A stretch of 61,009 bases of DNA, filler included, from Stramenopiles sp. TOSAG23-6 (taxonomy: Eukaryota): NCBI GenBank assembly GCA_900128565.1. It is 14 parts of 14 records of this genome, joined end to end, with 100 filler letters (N's around TTAATTAATTAA, not from the genome) between each part and the next. Parts side by side here need not be neighbours in the genome. Positions count along the whole stretch, not along the records: positions 43,717 to 47,966 come from LT637215.1; positions 48,067 to 52,316 come from LT637216.1; positions 52,417 to 56,663 come from LT637217.1; positions 56,764 to 61,009 come from LT637218.1; 10 more parts are not named here. The stretch is one strand, 5' to 3'. Positions within the stretch are counted from its first letter, which is position 1, and each line of letters starts with the position of its first letter. The translations under genes and the position numbers were made by a program. Shown one piece after another: positions 43,617-57,253 of the stretch. The notes beneath the pieces are model-generated. The model worked only from the letters and a program-made list of their open reading frames with translations, had not been told where the DNA came from and searched no databases.

Positions 43617-46600
43617 NNNNNNNNNNNNNNNNNNNNNNNNNNNNNNNNNNNNNNNNNNNNTTAATTAATTAANNNNNNNNNNNNNNNNNNNNNNNNNNNN
43701 NNNNNNNNNNNNNNNNTTTTTGCATTATCAATACATTCTCGAATTTTTTTGTGTCACTCAGATGCTAGTCGTTACCCGGTAATTTGCCTGGCATGCATCA
43801 ATCTGACCGCGTGCCGCCGCAGCGACAACTGAAACACACAAACTTGTGCGAGCGTCTTCTTTTCGTCTTCTCCAAAGCACACATCAAGAAAGTCATAAAC
43901 AAAATGGTGGAAATTCTAGGAAAGAAAGCTGACCCAAAGAAGGGATTAAAAATTTTCAAGACCAAATGTTCCCAGTGCCACGTTGCTGATCATGTAAGTT
44001 ATTTTTGAAAATATTTTCATTGGTTGAAATTGTTTTTATGTTTTCCATCTTCTGACCCTCTCCATGTTGTCAACTGGCTACTTCGATATCCAGTTCATTT
44101 GGGATGAATTTTCGTGGAACACCCTTGCATATTATATCCCATAAAAGCTAACTTTGTCATATACTTATATTTCTCCAAATTACAGGCAGGTGTAAATAAG
44201 CAGGGACCTAACCTTCACGGACTTATTGGCCGCCACTCTGGTTCTGTCGATGGTTTCTCTTATTCCAAGGCTAACAAAGACTCTGGAGTAACGTGGGATC
44301 ACAAGACCTTATTTGACTACCTCAAAGCACCAAAGAAGTTTATGCCAGGAACTAAGATGGTTTTTGCTGGACTTAAGAAAGCTAGTGATCGTCGTAACTT
44401 AATCGCATACCTTGACTCACAAAAATAAATTGCTGAAGTGGGTTACGTTTTATATCTGTCTGTTACCCCTTCTTGTATACTTGGTGGGTCAATACAGATA
44501 CAATATCAATAACAGTTAATGTAAGCAAAATAATATTTTTTCTAGTTTTATATAAGAGCATTATTCTCAAAAATAAACGTCGTTCTAGAAATTTATAAGG
44601 ATTTTGGATTTGTATATCCAAATTTGGAAATCTTGAACGTTTGAGAAAGAACTTCATTGAAGTATGAATCTATTCCATCCACCACCAACCAAAACCTTAA
44701 GCCTCCCTGTATGACGCAAAACACGTAATATTTCTTTACCCATTCCGCGTCCTGAGTTGTTAAAGGGAGCATCCGTGCGTATAAGATCTTTCGCCACGAA
44801 AAAATACTGTTTTTCTGTTTCCTGTATTTCAGAATTTTTCTGTTCCATAAAATTTCTGTACAATTCTGATAACTTCCTGCTCATTTTGCGAGGATCTCGT
44901 TCTAGGAAATCATACTTGCGCTTAATGAGTTTGTTCAAATGTGCCACAGCCTCATTCACCTTTGAAAGCTTTACTCGGCCCCTGAGGCATTTTGGAACAT
45001 CATCTAGTTCTGTTGTCGTCACAAAATTTATGACCTTTATACTTCTTGAAGGTTTATCAGGCAATACTTTATTACATTCCTGTGTATTACGGTTATTGCT
45101 TTGAGCTGGGTGGTGCAAGGTATTATAGTCGTTTTCCGTATCTATACCACTATTTCCTACTTGACTATTAGAGTCGCTGTTTTGACGAGCACTCGGTAAA
45201 AATTTTGGCAAACTTTCGCGTATCTTAATGAGATACTCCTGTTGTTCTTTACCATCCTCATAGACCCGTTGAAGTGTGGCGATGTTTTCTTTTTCTAATT
45301 TAATCTGTTCGTGAATGTTTTTTGTGCGTCGTTCGGCAGCACCAAGCGCACCTGAGAGATGCTGCAATTGAATATGACTTGCTGACCCAACTTTAAGTTT
45401 CGCGATATATATATATGTATGAAAATTAAGTGTGTTGCATTTTTAAACTTTAGTGAATGCTATTGATATTAAATATTTTACTTACCATCTATATCGTGTA
45501 CATCAGAAATCTCTCTCAGAGTTTCAAGGTGTTGCGTAAGTGAACTTACCAAAGTCTCAAACGACTTTGTTAGCGATGTGGTTTTTGCCTGTTGACTACG
45601 AACGCTTTCCATGTAGATTAACGATTGTGAAAGGGAAGCGTATATAAAGTGTGTGGTTGATGAACCCAATAATGTCTGGGAGGGTAGTGAAAAGACAGAA
45701 AGACTATCAAATAATTCAATACTATATATTCAATATTGTCGCTTTGTGTGGGAGTTCAAAAACAAAGAGAAATTGAAATTCAAGTTCAAAATGTTCAAAA
45801 TTTATCTTGAATTTTTGAAGACACGACAACTCGAACTCAAAAAGGGAAAAAGCACGAAATCCTTTGGCTTTATTGGAGCCTTGAAGTTGAACTCTACATT
45901 GAAATTGCATAGCTTTAGTTAGTGCAAAGTAGAGGATACAAAAACACATACTATTGCCATATTTTACTCACAATTATCTTGCTTCATAATTTTCGGGATA
46001 ATTTTCTTCTATATATTCAGAGACAATGAGCCAGTGTTGACGTAGAAATGTTCATTTATTGTTGATGAAACTACAAATTAACTTTAAAGTTCAGCATGGG
46101 CAGACCCTGGTTCTCCTTCACAACTTTTAATATCATTTTCTTGTAGTTGAGTCCATTTTTGAGTATCAATTTCATATTCCCACATACCTGCTTCACCGCA
46201 AAGTTTCATTAGGCTGGTTCCTCCACGCCGGTGGTTTCCCCACATAATAGTTGTACCACCGAATATAATCATTTTGTTACCAACTACACTTGCACTATGG
46301 AAAGCACGATATGGAGGCCATGCTGCTCCAGGTTGCTTGATGATTTGTTTCCACTTCTTCGTTGCGATTTCATATTCATATAAATCTTTATTCAAGAGAC
46401 CACCTGAATAGTCCCAAGTGGAAAATGAATCACGCCAGACATACCCTGGAGTACCACTATATCCTCCATACATAATCAGCTTCGTGTTACCTGATGTCAC
46501 CACAGTTGTGTGACCAAAACGCCTAGAAGGTATTTCATTCTCTTCTCCACTTGCAACGTGATAATATATAAGAATATAAGCAACAAGTAATGACTTCATT

Positions 46601-49600
46601 GTGATCTTTTTCATGTCTACAATTTGTTGAACAAATGAATGAATAATTGTCTCGTTCAAATCAAAACAGAAATGAGCGTGGGTTTACTAAAAACACGAAA
46701 TCCTAGCGCGTCGCTCAGACACGAGGTAGCAAAAGTGATTATATTTTTGTGGTTGCCAACGCGGTCATTCGCGGAGTGTAAATCTCAACACAATTCCAAT
46801 ATTTGTTGAAATTGGGTGAAATTCCATATAATGGGGACCATCAAGGCTGCCAATAGTGGCATACAGTGTGATAATTTCTGCGACAAAGCCATATCACCTG
46901 CTGTATTTTCGTTGACTTCCGCTGCTCAAACTATTCGTAGTGTCATTTTGAAGAATGGCGCTCTCGTGACGTCACCAAGCATCCGTACAGCTGTTGAGCA
47001 TTGCCGCGCACTTCTTGAATCGTTTGATTCAGTCTCGACAAAAACTAAATATAAACGCGAACGTGATACGAGGCCGTTGTTTAAAAGTAGAAAGCGTTTA
47101 TGTACTTCTACCAATATTGGTGTAGGTGGTCGCTCCAATGCCTCTGATACTAGTCTGCTGTCACTTCCGAACGTTTTACTGATTCATTCTCTTACTTTTC
47201 TTTCCCCAAGAGAGCTTAGTGACATCGCAACAACATCTCGATTATTTTATTCTCCAGATTTTCGCAATAGTTATAGTAGCGAATGTAGCAACGGTACGAT
47301 TAATAAGGGAAAAAAACTCATTCAAGTTGCATGCGAAATTCGGGCCAAAGCTTGTTTGCCGGTCTTTTTACAGCCCTTACGCCGGACGCACACAAAAACA
47401 ATTACAAAAACCGTAGTAATAAACTCTTCAGAGAGTTGGGGTGAATGGATGTCCAATATTGAATTTATATCAATGATGCGAAAACGACAACACGGTTTAA
47501 ATACTTTAACTTTAGACGGTGCGAGCGGAGTACATCGCTGTTCTATTATAGCCAAACCTAACGAAGTCTATACTTACGAAAGCAAAACAAATGAAGATGA
47601 CAGTTCAGACGAGGATCCTGGCTTCGAAAAAAATACATTTTGCATAGCAATGGAAAAAATTACTCAAGTTTCGATAGGTGGTTGTTTCCATACCGCATTA
47701 GCAGAGAGTGGTGCTGTATATACGTGGGGAGATGGCGATTATGGCAGACTTGGTCACGGTGATGAGGTTGATTCCATTGCCCCAAAGATAGTTATGCCAC
47801 TTCACAATAAAAAAGTGATACGAATATCTGCTGGATTTGAATATACAATGGCGTTGACAGACAAAGGGGAAGTATATGTATGTTTTATTTTTTTTCGAAT
47901 TCCAATTTTGTTTTCGTACGAAATTTTGTACCTAACGATTTTTTTTTCAAATATTTTTCCAAAATANNNNNNNNNNNNNNNNNNNNNNNNNNNNNNNNNN
48001 NNNNNNNNNNTTAATTAATTAANNNNNNNNNNNNNNNNNNNNNNNNNNNNNNNNNNNNNNNNNNNNTTTTTGCATTATCAATACATTCTCGAATTTTTTT
48101 GTGTCACTCAGATGCTAGTCGTTACCCGGTAATTTGCCTGGCATGCATCAATCTGACCGCGTGCCGCCGCAGCGACAACTGAAACACACAAACTTGTGCG
48201 AGCGTCTTCTTTTCGTCTTCTCCAAAGCACACATCAAGAAAGTCATAAACAAAATGGTGGAAATTCTAGGAAAGAAAGCTGACCCAAAGAAGGGATTAAA
48301 AATTTTCAAGACCAAATGTTCCCAGTGCCACGTTGCTGATCATGTAAGTTATTTTTGAAAATATTTTCATTGGTTGAAATTGTTTTTATGTTTTCCATCT
48401 TCTGACCCTCTCCATGTTGTCAACTGGCTACTTCGATATCCAGTTCATTTGGGATGAATTTTCGTGGAACACCCTTGCATATTATATCCCATAAAAGCTA
48501 ACTTTGTCATATACTTATATTTCTCCAAATTACAGGCAGGTGTAAATAAGCAGGGACCTAACCTTCACGGACTTATTGGCCGCCACTCTGGTTCTGTCGA
48601 TGGTTTCTCTTATTCCAAGGCTAACAAAGACTCTGGAGTAACGTGGGATCACAAGACCTTATTTGACTACCTCAAAGCACCAAAGAAGTTTATGCCAGGA
48701 ACTAAGATGGTTTTTGCTGGACTTAAGAAAGCTAGTGATCGTCGTAACTTAATCGCATACCTTGACTCACAAAAATAAATTGCTGAAGTGGGTTACGTTT
48801 TATATCTGTCTGTTACCCCTTCTTGTATACTTGGTGGGTCAATACAGATACAATATCAATAACAGTTAATGTAAGCAAAATAATATTTTTTCTAGTTTTA
48901 TATAAGAGCATTATTCTCAAAAATAAACGTCGTTCTAGAAATTTATAAGGATTTTGGATTTGTATATCCAAATTTGGAAATCTTGAACGTTTGAGAAAGA
49001 ACTTCATTGAAGTATGAATCTATTCCATCCACCACCAACCAAAACCTTAAGCCTCCCTGTATGACGCAAAACACGTAATATTTCTTTACCCATTCCGCGT
49101 CCTGAGTTGTTAAAGGGAGCATCCGTGCGTATAAGATCTTTCGCCACGAAAAAATACTGTTTTTCTGTTTCCTGTATTTCAGAATTTTTCTGTTCCATAA
49201 AATTTCTGTACAATTCTGATAACTTCCTGCTCATTTTGCGAGGATCTCGTTCTAGGAAATCATACTTGCGCTTAATGAGTTTGTTCAAATGTGCCACAGC
49301 CTCATTCACCTTTGAAAGCTTTACTCGGCCCCTGAGGCATTTTGGAACATCATCTAGTTCTGTTGTCGTCACAAAATTTATGACCTTTATACTTCTTGAA
49401 GGTTTATCAGGCAATACTTTATTACATTCCTGTGTATTACGGTTATTGCTTTGAGCTGGGTGGTGCAAGGTATTATAGTCGTTTTCCGTATCTATACCAC
49501 TATTTCCTACTTGACTATTAGAGTCGCTGTTTTGACGAGCACTCGGTAAAAATTTTGGCAAACTTTCGCGTATCTTAATGAGATACTCCTGTTGTTCTTT

Positions 49601-52416
49601 ACCATCCTCATAGACCCGTTGAAGTGTGGCGATGTTTTCTTTTTCTAATTTAATCTGTTCGTGAATGTTTTTTGTGCGTCGTTCGGCAGCACCAAGCGCA
49701 CCTGAGAGATGCTGCAATTGAATATGACTTGCTGACCCAACTTTAAGTTTCGCGATATATATATATGTATGAAAATTAAGTGTGTTGCATTTTTAAACTT
49801 TAGTGAATGCTATTGATATTAAATATTTTACTTACCATCTATATCGTGTACATCAGAAATCTCTCTCAGAGTTTCAAGGTGTTGCGTAAGTGAACTTACC
49901 AAAGTCTCAAACGACTTTGTTAGCGATGTGGTTTTTGCCTGTTGACTACGAACGCTTTCCATGTAGATTAACGATTGTGAAAGGGAAGCGTATATAAAGT
50001 GTGTGGTTGATGAACCCAATAATGTCTGGGAGGGTAGTGAAAAGACAGAAAGACTATCAAATAATTCAATACTATATATTCAATATTGTCGCTTTGTGTG
50101 GGAGTTCAAAAACAAAGAGAAATTGAAATTCAAGTTCAAAATGTTCAAAATTTATCTTGAATTTTTGAAGACACGACAACTCGAACTCAAAAAGGGAAAA
50201 AGCACGAAATCCTTTGGCTTTATTGGAGCCTTGAAGTTGAACTCTACATTGAAATTGCATAGCTTTAGTTAGTGCAAAGTAGAGGATACAAAAACACATA
50301 CTATTGCCATATTTTACTCACAATTATCTTGCTTCATAATTTTCGGGATAATTTTCTTCTATATATTCAGAGACAATGAGCCAGTGTTGACGTAGAAATG
50401 TTCATTTATTGTTGATGAAACTACAAATTAACTTTAAAGTTCAGCATGGGCAGACCCTGGTTCTCCTTCACAACTTTTAATATCATTTTCTTGTAGTTGA
50501 GTCCATTTTTGAGTATCAATTTCATATTCCCACATACCTGCTTCACCGCAAAGTTTCATTAGGCTGGTTCCTCCACGCCGGTGGTTTCCCCACATAATAG
50601 TTGTACCACCGAATATAATCATTTTGTTACCAACTACACTTGCACTATGGAAAGCACGATATGGAGGCCATGCTGCTCCAGGTTGCTTGATGATTTGTTT
50701 CCACTTCTTCGTTGCGATTTCATATTCATATAAATCTTTATTCAAGAGACCACCTGAATAGTCCCAAGTGGAAAATGAATCACGCCAGACATACCCTGGA
50801 GTACCACTATATCCTCCATACATAATCAGCTTCGTGTTACCTGATGTCACCACAGTTGTGTGACCAAAACGCCTAGAAGGTATTTCATTCTCTTCTCCAC
50901 TTGCAACGTGATAATATATAAGAATATAAGCAACAAGTAATGACTTCATTGTGATCTTTTTCATGTCTACAATTTGTTGAACAAATGAATGAATAATTGT
51001 CTCGTTCAAATCAAAACAGAAATGAGCGTGGGTTTACTAAAAACACGAAATCCTAGCGCGTCGCTCAGACACGAGGTAGCAAAAGTGATTATATTTTTGT
51101 GGTTGCCAACGCGGTCATTCGCGGAGTGTAAATCTCAACACAATTCCAATATTTGTTGAAATTGGGTGAAATTCCATATAATGGGGACCATCAAGGCTGC
51201 CAATAGTGGCATACAGTGTGATAATTTCTGCGACAAAGCCATATCACCTGCTGTATTTTCGTTGACTTCCGCTGCTCAAACTATTCGTAGTGTCATTTTG
51301 AAGAATGGCGCTCTCGTGACGTCACCAAGCATCCGTACAGCTGTTGAGCATTGCCGCGCACTTCTTGAATCGTTTGATTCAGTCTCGACAAAAACTAAAT
51401 ATAAACGCGAACGTGATACGAGGCCGTTGTTTAAAAGTAGAAAGCGTTTATGTACTTCTACCAATATTGGTGTAGGTGGTCGCTCCAATGCCTCTGATAC
51501 TAGTCTGCTGTCACTTCCGAACGTTTTACTGATTCATTCTCTTACTTTTCTTTCCCCAAGAGAGCTTAGTGACATCGCAACAACATCTCGATTATTTTAT
51601 TCTCCAGATTTTCGCAATAGTTATAGTAGCGAATGTAGCAACGGTACGATTAATAAGGGAAAAAAACTCATTCAAGTTGCATGCGAAATTCGGGCCAAAG
51701 CTTGTTTGCCGGTCTTTTTACAGCCCTTACGCCGGACGCACACAAAAACAATTACAAAAACCGTAGTAATAAACTCTTCAGAGAGTTGGGGTGAATGGAT
51801 GTCCAATATTGAATTTATATCAATGATGCGAAAACGACAACACGGTTTAAATACTTTAACTTTAGACGGTGCGAGCGGAGTACATCGCTGTTCTATTATA
51901 GCCAAACCTAACGAAGTCTATACTTACGAAAGCAAAACAAATGAAGATGACAGTTCAGACGAGGATCCTGGCTTCGAAAAAAATACATTTTGCATAGCAA
52001 TGGAAAAAATTACTCAAGTTTCGATAGGTGGTTGTTTCCATACCGCATTAGCAGAGAGTGGTGCTGTATATACGTGGGGAGATGGCGATTATGGCAGACT
52101 TGGTCACGGTGATGAGGTTGATTCCATTGCCCCAAAGATAGTTATGCCACTTCACAATAAAAAAGTGATACGAATATCTGCTGGATTTGAATATACAATG
52201 GCGTTGACAGACAAAGGGGAAGTATATGTATGTTTTATTTTTTTTCGAATTCCAATTTTGTTTTCGTACGAAATTTTGTACCTAACGATTTTTTTTTCAA
52301 ATATTTTTCCAAAATANNNNNNNNNNNNNNNNNNNNNNNNNNNNNNNNNNNNNNNNNNNNTTAATTAATTAANNNNNNNNNNNNNNNNNNNNNNNNNNNN
52401 NNNNNNNNNNNNNNNN

Positions 52417-52519
52417 ATTTTGGAAAAATATTTCAAAAAAAATCTAAAAAAATTTGTTAGGTACAAAATTTTCAAAAAAAAAAATCAATTTTTTGTTAAA
52501 AAAAAAAAATAAAACATAC
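52417..52519 (-). mobile_element. family intron, truncated
   Basis: gaa t|GTATGTTTTAT...TTTGTACCTAAC...GAAATATTTTTCCAAAAT. Confidence 0.8.
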
Positions 52520-55500
52520 ATTCATCTTTTGACATTGCATTATTATTCATTTGACGTTTCATTACGTTTTCCTGTTTATGTTTGTGTTTTGTCCTCCATG
52601 GACGTGAAGAATTTCGTCTTATCGATCGATCTCTGTACTTTTCGCATTCCTTTGGTGGATTGATTTTTTGACTATCAAATCGATGACGTCTTCTTCTATT
52701 TCCTTTTCCAATTGAGTATTTATTTACACGCCCTCGTCCACGACCCCGAAGTGATTTAGGGTTAGAGTTAAGGATACTGCTTTCATATTCTCTCGAAAAA
52801 GAAGGGAAAGGCACGTCAGCATTACTCGGAAAAGATGGATATACAATATCATGAGAGCTCATTGAAGGTGGTATCATCGATCCGCTCCCAGCTGTATGGA
52901 ATCCGAAATTACGACGACGGGTGTCAGCTGCTTTGATAGTAATACCCATCGAATTAGGATGATATGAATGTAAATTTCTTTTTTTTTGTTTTTCCACACT
53001 ATCTAAGAGCTCATCATAGGATATTGAATGATCTTTATCAGTATCATATTCACGAAATAATTTTCTCATTATGTCTCTGGAAGGTAATGGACGTATGCCA
53101 ACACCTGCAATGCCTTTGCAAAACTCTTCAAAAGAAATTCTATTTGATTTATGCATTTTCGAAAAATATTTCAGAAAAAAAATCGTTAGGTACATAATTG
53201 CGTACGAAAAATAATTTCGAAATTGAAAAAAAAACATACATTTTGATCCATCCATGAAAATAAGTGACCAGTTGTAACCATTTTTTTCTGTAGCGCAAAG
53301 CGTAAATCATCAACTGTTGCAATTTTTGTGTACTTACTATTAAATGGATCATTTGTATGCAAATTAGAGATTTTGTAGGGCGACAAAGTTTTAGGACTGA
53401 TTTTTCCTCGTCTTTCCTTCATCAATCGACGTTCTTCTGCAATTGCATTCCGAAGCAATGATTTATTTAGTGCATCGCGAGCCCTCCGTGCTGTTGTCTC
53501 ATCTTCTTTGGCCTTTTCAAACATTTCTAATTGAAGATAATTCCGATGCCTATTTCGTGTCAGACGCCCTCTAGCAATCGCCTGTATAAAGACAATTGAA
53601 TTAGTAATTTTTAATGCCTTTTTGTATTGCTTTTCTGTTGACCGTTTCGCTTTTTTAGCAGATTTCAACAAATCATAATCATCCATGTTTATGGATAGGA
53701 AATTCTGAATAAGCAAATTGCCATGTTTAGCTGCTTTGCCAACAACTATCCGTCCAATCTCATAATTAATATGAGTTTTCATCACAGTATTGATAAAATT
53801 GCATAATCTACTAAGAATAGAAATTTTTGTACGTTTCGTAAATTGTGACATTGACATTTGCTGTTCCTCTGGTGTTAGCAGAATATTACAAACATCACCA
53901 CTACTATCTATATTAAAAAGTATTTCTTTAACTATCAAAAATATGCTACTAAAAGTAGGTGTTCGTAGTCTGCTGTAATTCCTTGATGCAATTGTTTTCA
54001 TCAAACCTTCGGAAATGCAACCTTTCAATACATTGAATGTGTCCCTCACATAATTTGGCAGTCTATGTTCTTTTTCAAGTGCTTCTAATAGATTTCTATA
54101 CGATATTAAATTATTTGAGTCTAGTTCAAAGTTACTAAATAGCAACTTTGTATCGTTTCTAGAAATAGTTGGACGAAGATCCAGTTCAGCAATACCCCGT
54201 TTGAAGGTATTAAAATCAATTTTATATGTATCATGATGATTAAATAAAGCCCCAGTTGTGACATGAAATAAATGTAGTTGTCGTCGATAATTCCGCATTT
54301 TTCTACGTTGTTGTGGAGTTAAAACAGCCTTTACTTGTTGTATTTTGTTTGGTTTTTGAATAGTATGCTTTGTATCAATGGAGTTATTTTGAATTATAGG
54401 GCTAAATCGAACACTCTTTGGTCTCGTTCCTGGCCTCGACGAACTACGTCTAGATAAGATGCCTTCGCGTGGACGAGCTCCAGCTTTAGTGTAATTAGTA
54501 CTTTTTATAGCCCCATTCTCAGACGATTCAGCAGTAGCTTCCCTATTTTTCTTTTCAACCAATTCTAATTTTTGTTTATGCTGTATCAACGTTGATTTTA
54601 ATTTACGTTTTCTCTCTTGTTCGTTTTCGATTGCATGCTTAGTCCATGACTCAATATCAAAACGATCATCAGTTTTTTTATCCATTGGCTGGTTTATATG
54701 ACTATTTTCGTACTCACCATCTGTATCATCTTCAAAATCATCACCAAATGATGAATAGTTTGTTGAAGCTCTAGTTCTACCAGTATTTGCACGGGTTCTG
54801 CCCGTTGTTGAGCGCTGTGGAGTAGAAGATAAATTGTTCATGGGAGATGACTCTGGTAAAGACACTAGCTGCTCTTCCTCCTTATTTTCTACAATTTTCT
54901 TTTTTTGATGATGAAATAAATGTTTTACTCCCCCTTCTATTGTTTTCTCGACCACCATGGCACCATGTTTCGTCTTTTTTGTCGCAGATGTAAACGACTG
55001 TTCAGCTATCGCTGCGTCACTTTTCAATACTGTCAAAATATTAGAAGGATGTTTTTTGTCTGATTTTGACTGAACTATAGAAGATTCATCACCATCTGTA
55101 TCATCTTCAAAATCATCACCAAATGAAGAATAGTTTGTTGAAGCTCTAGTTCTACCAGTATTTGCACGGGTTCTGCCCGTTGTTGAGCGCTGTGGAGTAG
55201 ATGATAAATTCTTTACGGGAGATGACTCTGGTAAAGACACTAACTGCTCTTCGTCATTTGTATCCTTATTTTCTACAATATTGGAATGAGTTCTTGTGAC
55301 TAATTTTGACTGAACTATATCAGGAGATTCATCACCATCTGTATCATTTTCAAAATCATCACCAAATGATGAATAATTTGTTGAAGCTCTAGTTCTACCG
55401 GTATTTGCACGGGTTCTGCCCGTTGTTGAGCGCTGTGGAGTAGATGATAAATTATTTACGGGAGATGACTCTTGGTGACGGTGTTGGTGGTGACGGTGAT

Positions 55501-56002
55501 GGTGTTGATGCTTTGGCAAAGACACTAACTGCTCTTTTTCATTTGTATCCTTATTTTTTTTATGATGAAATAAATGCTTTAGTTCATCTTCTATTTTTTT
55601 CTCTACTACCACAGCCTCATGTTCCGCCATTTTTGCCACAGCTATAATTGATCGTTCTACTACTGCAACGTCATTTTTCAATACTTTCAAAGTTTTAGAA
55701 GCATTTTGTTTGTCTGATTTTGACTGAATTACACTTGAAGAATCGTCACCATCTGTATCAACTTCAAAATCATCACCAAATGATGAATAGTTTGTTGAAG
55801 CTCGAGTTCTACCAGTATTTGCACGGGTTCTGCCCGTTGTTGAGCGCTGTGGAGTATTCCTTGTGACTAACTCACTTACAGAATCTTCGAATTCTCCTGT
55901 TTCTTCAAAGTCATCCGAGTCACTACCATAGTTGTACGCTGATTCTTCTATGACGCTTGTATCTAGCGCTATAGCAGATGGTTCATTACTAACATACTGC
56001 AT
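52520..56002 (-). CDS. large repeat-rich protein with EF-hands and IQ motif; exons 56002-53240 and 53150-52520, 3' partial
   Basis: IQAIARGRLTR; spliced EF loop DQNKSNRISFEE and DTDKDHSISYDE; four STPQRSTTGRTRANTGRTRASTNYSSFGDDFE repeats. Confidence 0.8.
53151..53239 (-). mobile_element. family intron GT...CAT (89 nt)
   Basis: caa aat|GTATGT...GAAAATGCAT|aaa tca restores a 12-residue EF-hand loop. Confidence 0.9.
54717..55856. repeat. four ~110-bp coding repeats
   Basis: GTATTTGCACGGGTTCTGCCCGTTGTTGAGCGCTGTGGAGTA recurs four times. Confidence 0.9.
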
Positions 56003-56763
56003 TTATGATATCTGAGAGTATTGCGGTCTCAGATTCAAAAATAAACTTTCAAAACAAACCAGGAAAACCGTTGTACGACCTAAGTATTGTATATCATGAT
56101 TTCATTTTGACAGTTTCATTTTTGTTCTATATTCAGCGATTGCCGGTCCATGACCAAGATTTCGTGAAATGGCCGGTCCATGACGTTTAGTACACGAAAT
56201 TTTTTATATACAATAATTATCTTCCCCATACTACCCCACCCATCCACAATATTGGTAAATATGAATATATTATAATGTAGGAGAGACTTCTTGGTTTTTT
56301 TATATGTATGCATTTATTAAGAAACAATAAAGGAAAAGATCCACTTTTTTTTCAATTTTTTTCAATTTTTTTCAATTTTTTTCGTAGACATTTTTGTGAC
56401 CTAATAATTATTTTTTAAACTTTCTTTGGACATTTTAAAGGAGACTATGGTATGAGAGTCCCCAGCAGCAATATTTGTAATTTTCAAATAGAGATGACGC
56501 ATACCGAAACACCAGCGTTGTTCTTTCACGCAAACTAGGGTTGGGGATAATTGATCATTATCGTGAAGAAAACCAAGTCGAAGACATTTATTGTGGAAAA
56601 AAAAATAGTAAAAAAAATAAGGATACAAATGAAAAAGAGCAGTTAGTGTCTTTGCCAAAGCATNNNNNNNNNNNNNNNNNNNNNNNNNNNNNNNNNNNNN
56701 NNNNNNNTTAATTAATTAANNNNNNNNNNNNNNNNNNNNNNNNNNNNNNNNNNNNNNNNNNNN

Positions 56764-57093
56764 GCACAGCGGGGCACAGACCCTGTTTTTTATGCCAAAT
56801 TCAGAATTTTCACTTTTTTGGTACGAATTTTCGTAGTTAATTTTTTTGGTACGAAATTTCGTAGTTAATTTTTTTTTTTTATGGAAAAGTGCTCCTTCCT
56901 CAAAAAATGACAATGTCTAATTAAACAATGTTAGGCGTAGAGTTTCTTCATGTAACTTTGTAGATGTTCTGGGGTTAGCATTTGCAGCATACGATTTCAA
57001 TCTCTACAAAAAACTCTGCCTACTTTAGAAATTAGAGCATTTTTACGATTTTTCACTTTTGGCATAAAAAACAGGGTCTGTGCCCCGCTGTGC
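56764..57093. mobile_element. MITE (330 bp) with 36-bp perfect terminal inverted repeats
   Basis: GCACAGCGGGGCACAGACCCTGTTTTTTATGCCAAA (56764-56799) and its exact reverse complement at 57058-57093; no coding capacity. Confidence 0.85.
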
Positions 57094-57253
57094 AGTCATC
57101 AAAAAATTTCGATTGATGATTAGATTTGAGATTTTGATTTGTCTTCTTCTTTCTTTCTCTTTCTTTCAGACTTATTTTACTAACACACACACAACAATAA
57201 TATTGATTATTATATTTACATTGTACGAAAATATAAATAGTTCAATAAGAGTA

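Larger units (their letters stand above)
39367..52316. repeat. same 4250-bp contig present three times (39367-43616, 43717-47966, 48067-52316)
   Basis: identical ORF sets at exact 4350-bp offsets, each separated by the artificial linker. Confidence 0.95.

Noticed and set aside
39367-52316. Three-fold tandem amplification of a cytochrome c/SKA1/kelch/F-box block
   Set aside because: Copies look identical, have identical truncated ends and are separated by the artificial linker; this is a redundant contig.
54717-55856. CRISPR-like repeat-spacer array
   Set aside because: Repeats are about 110 bp, in frame within a eukaryotic ORF, with related spacers and no cas genes.
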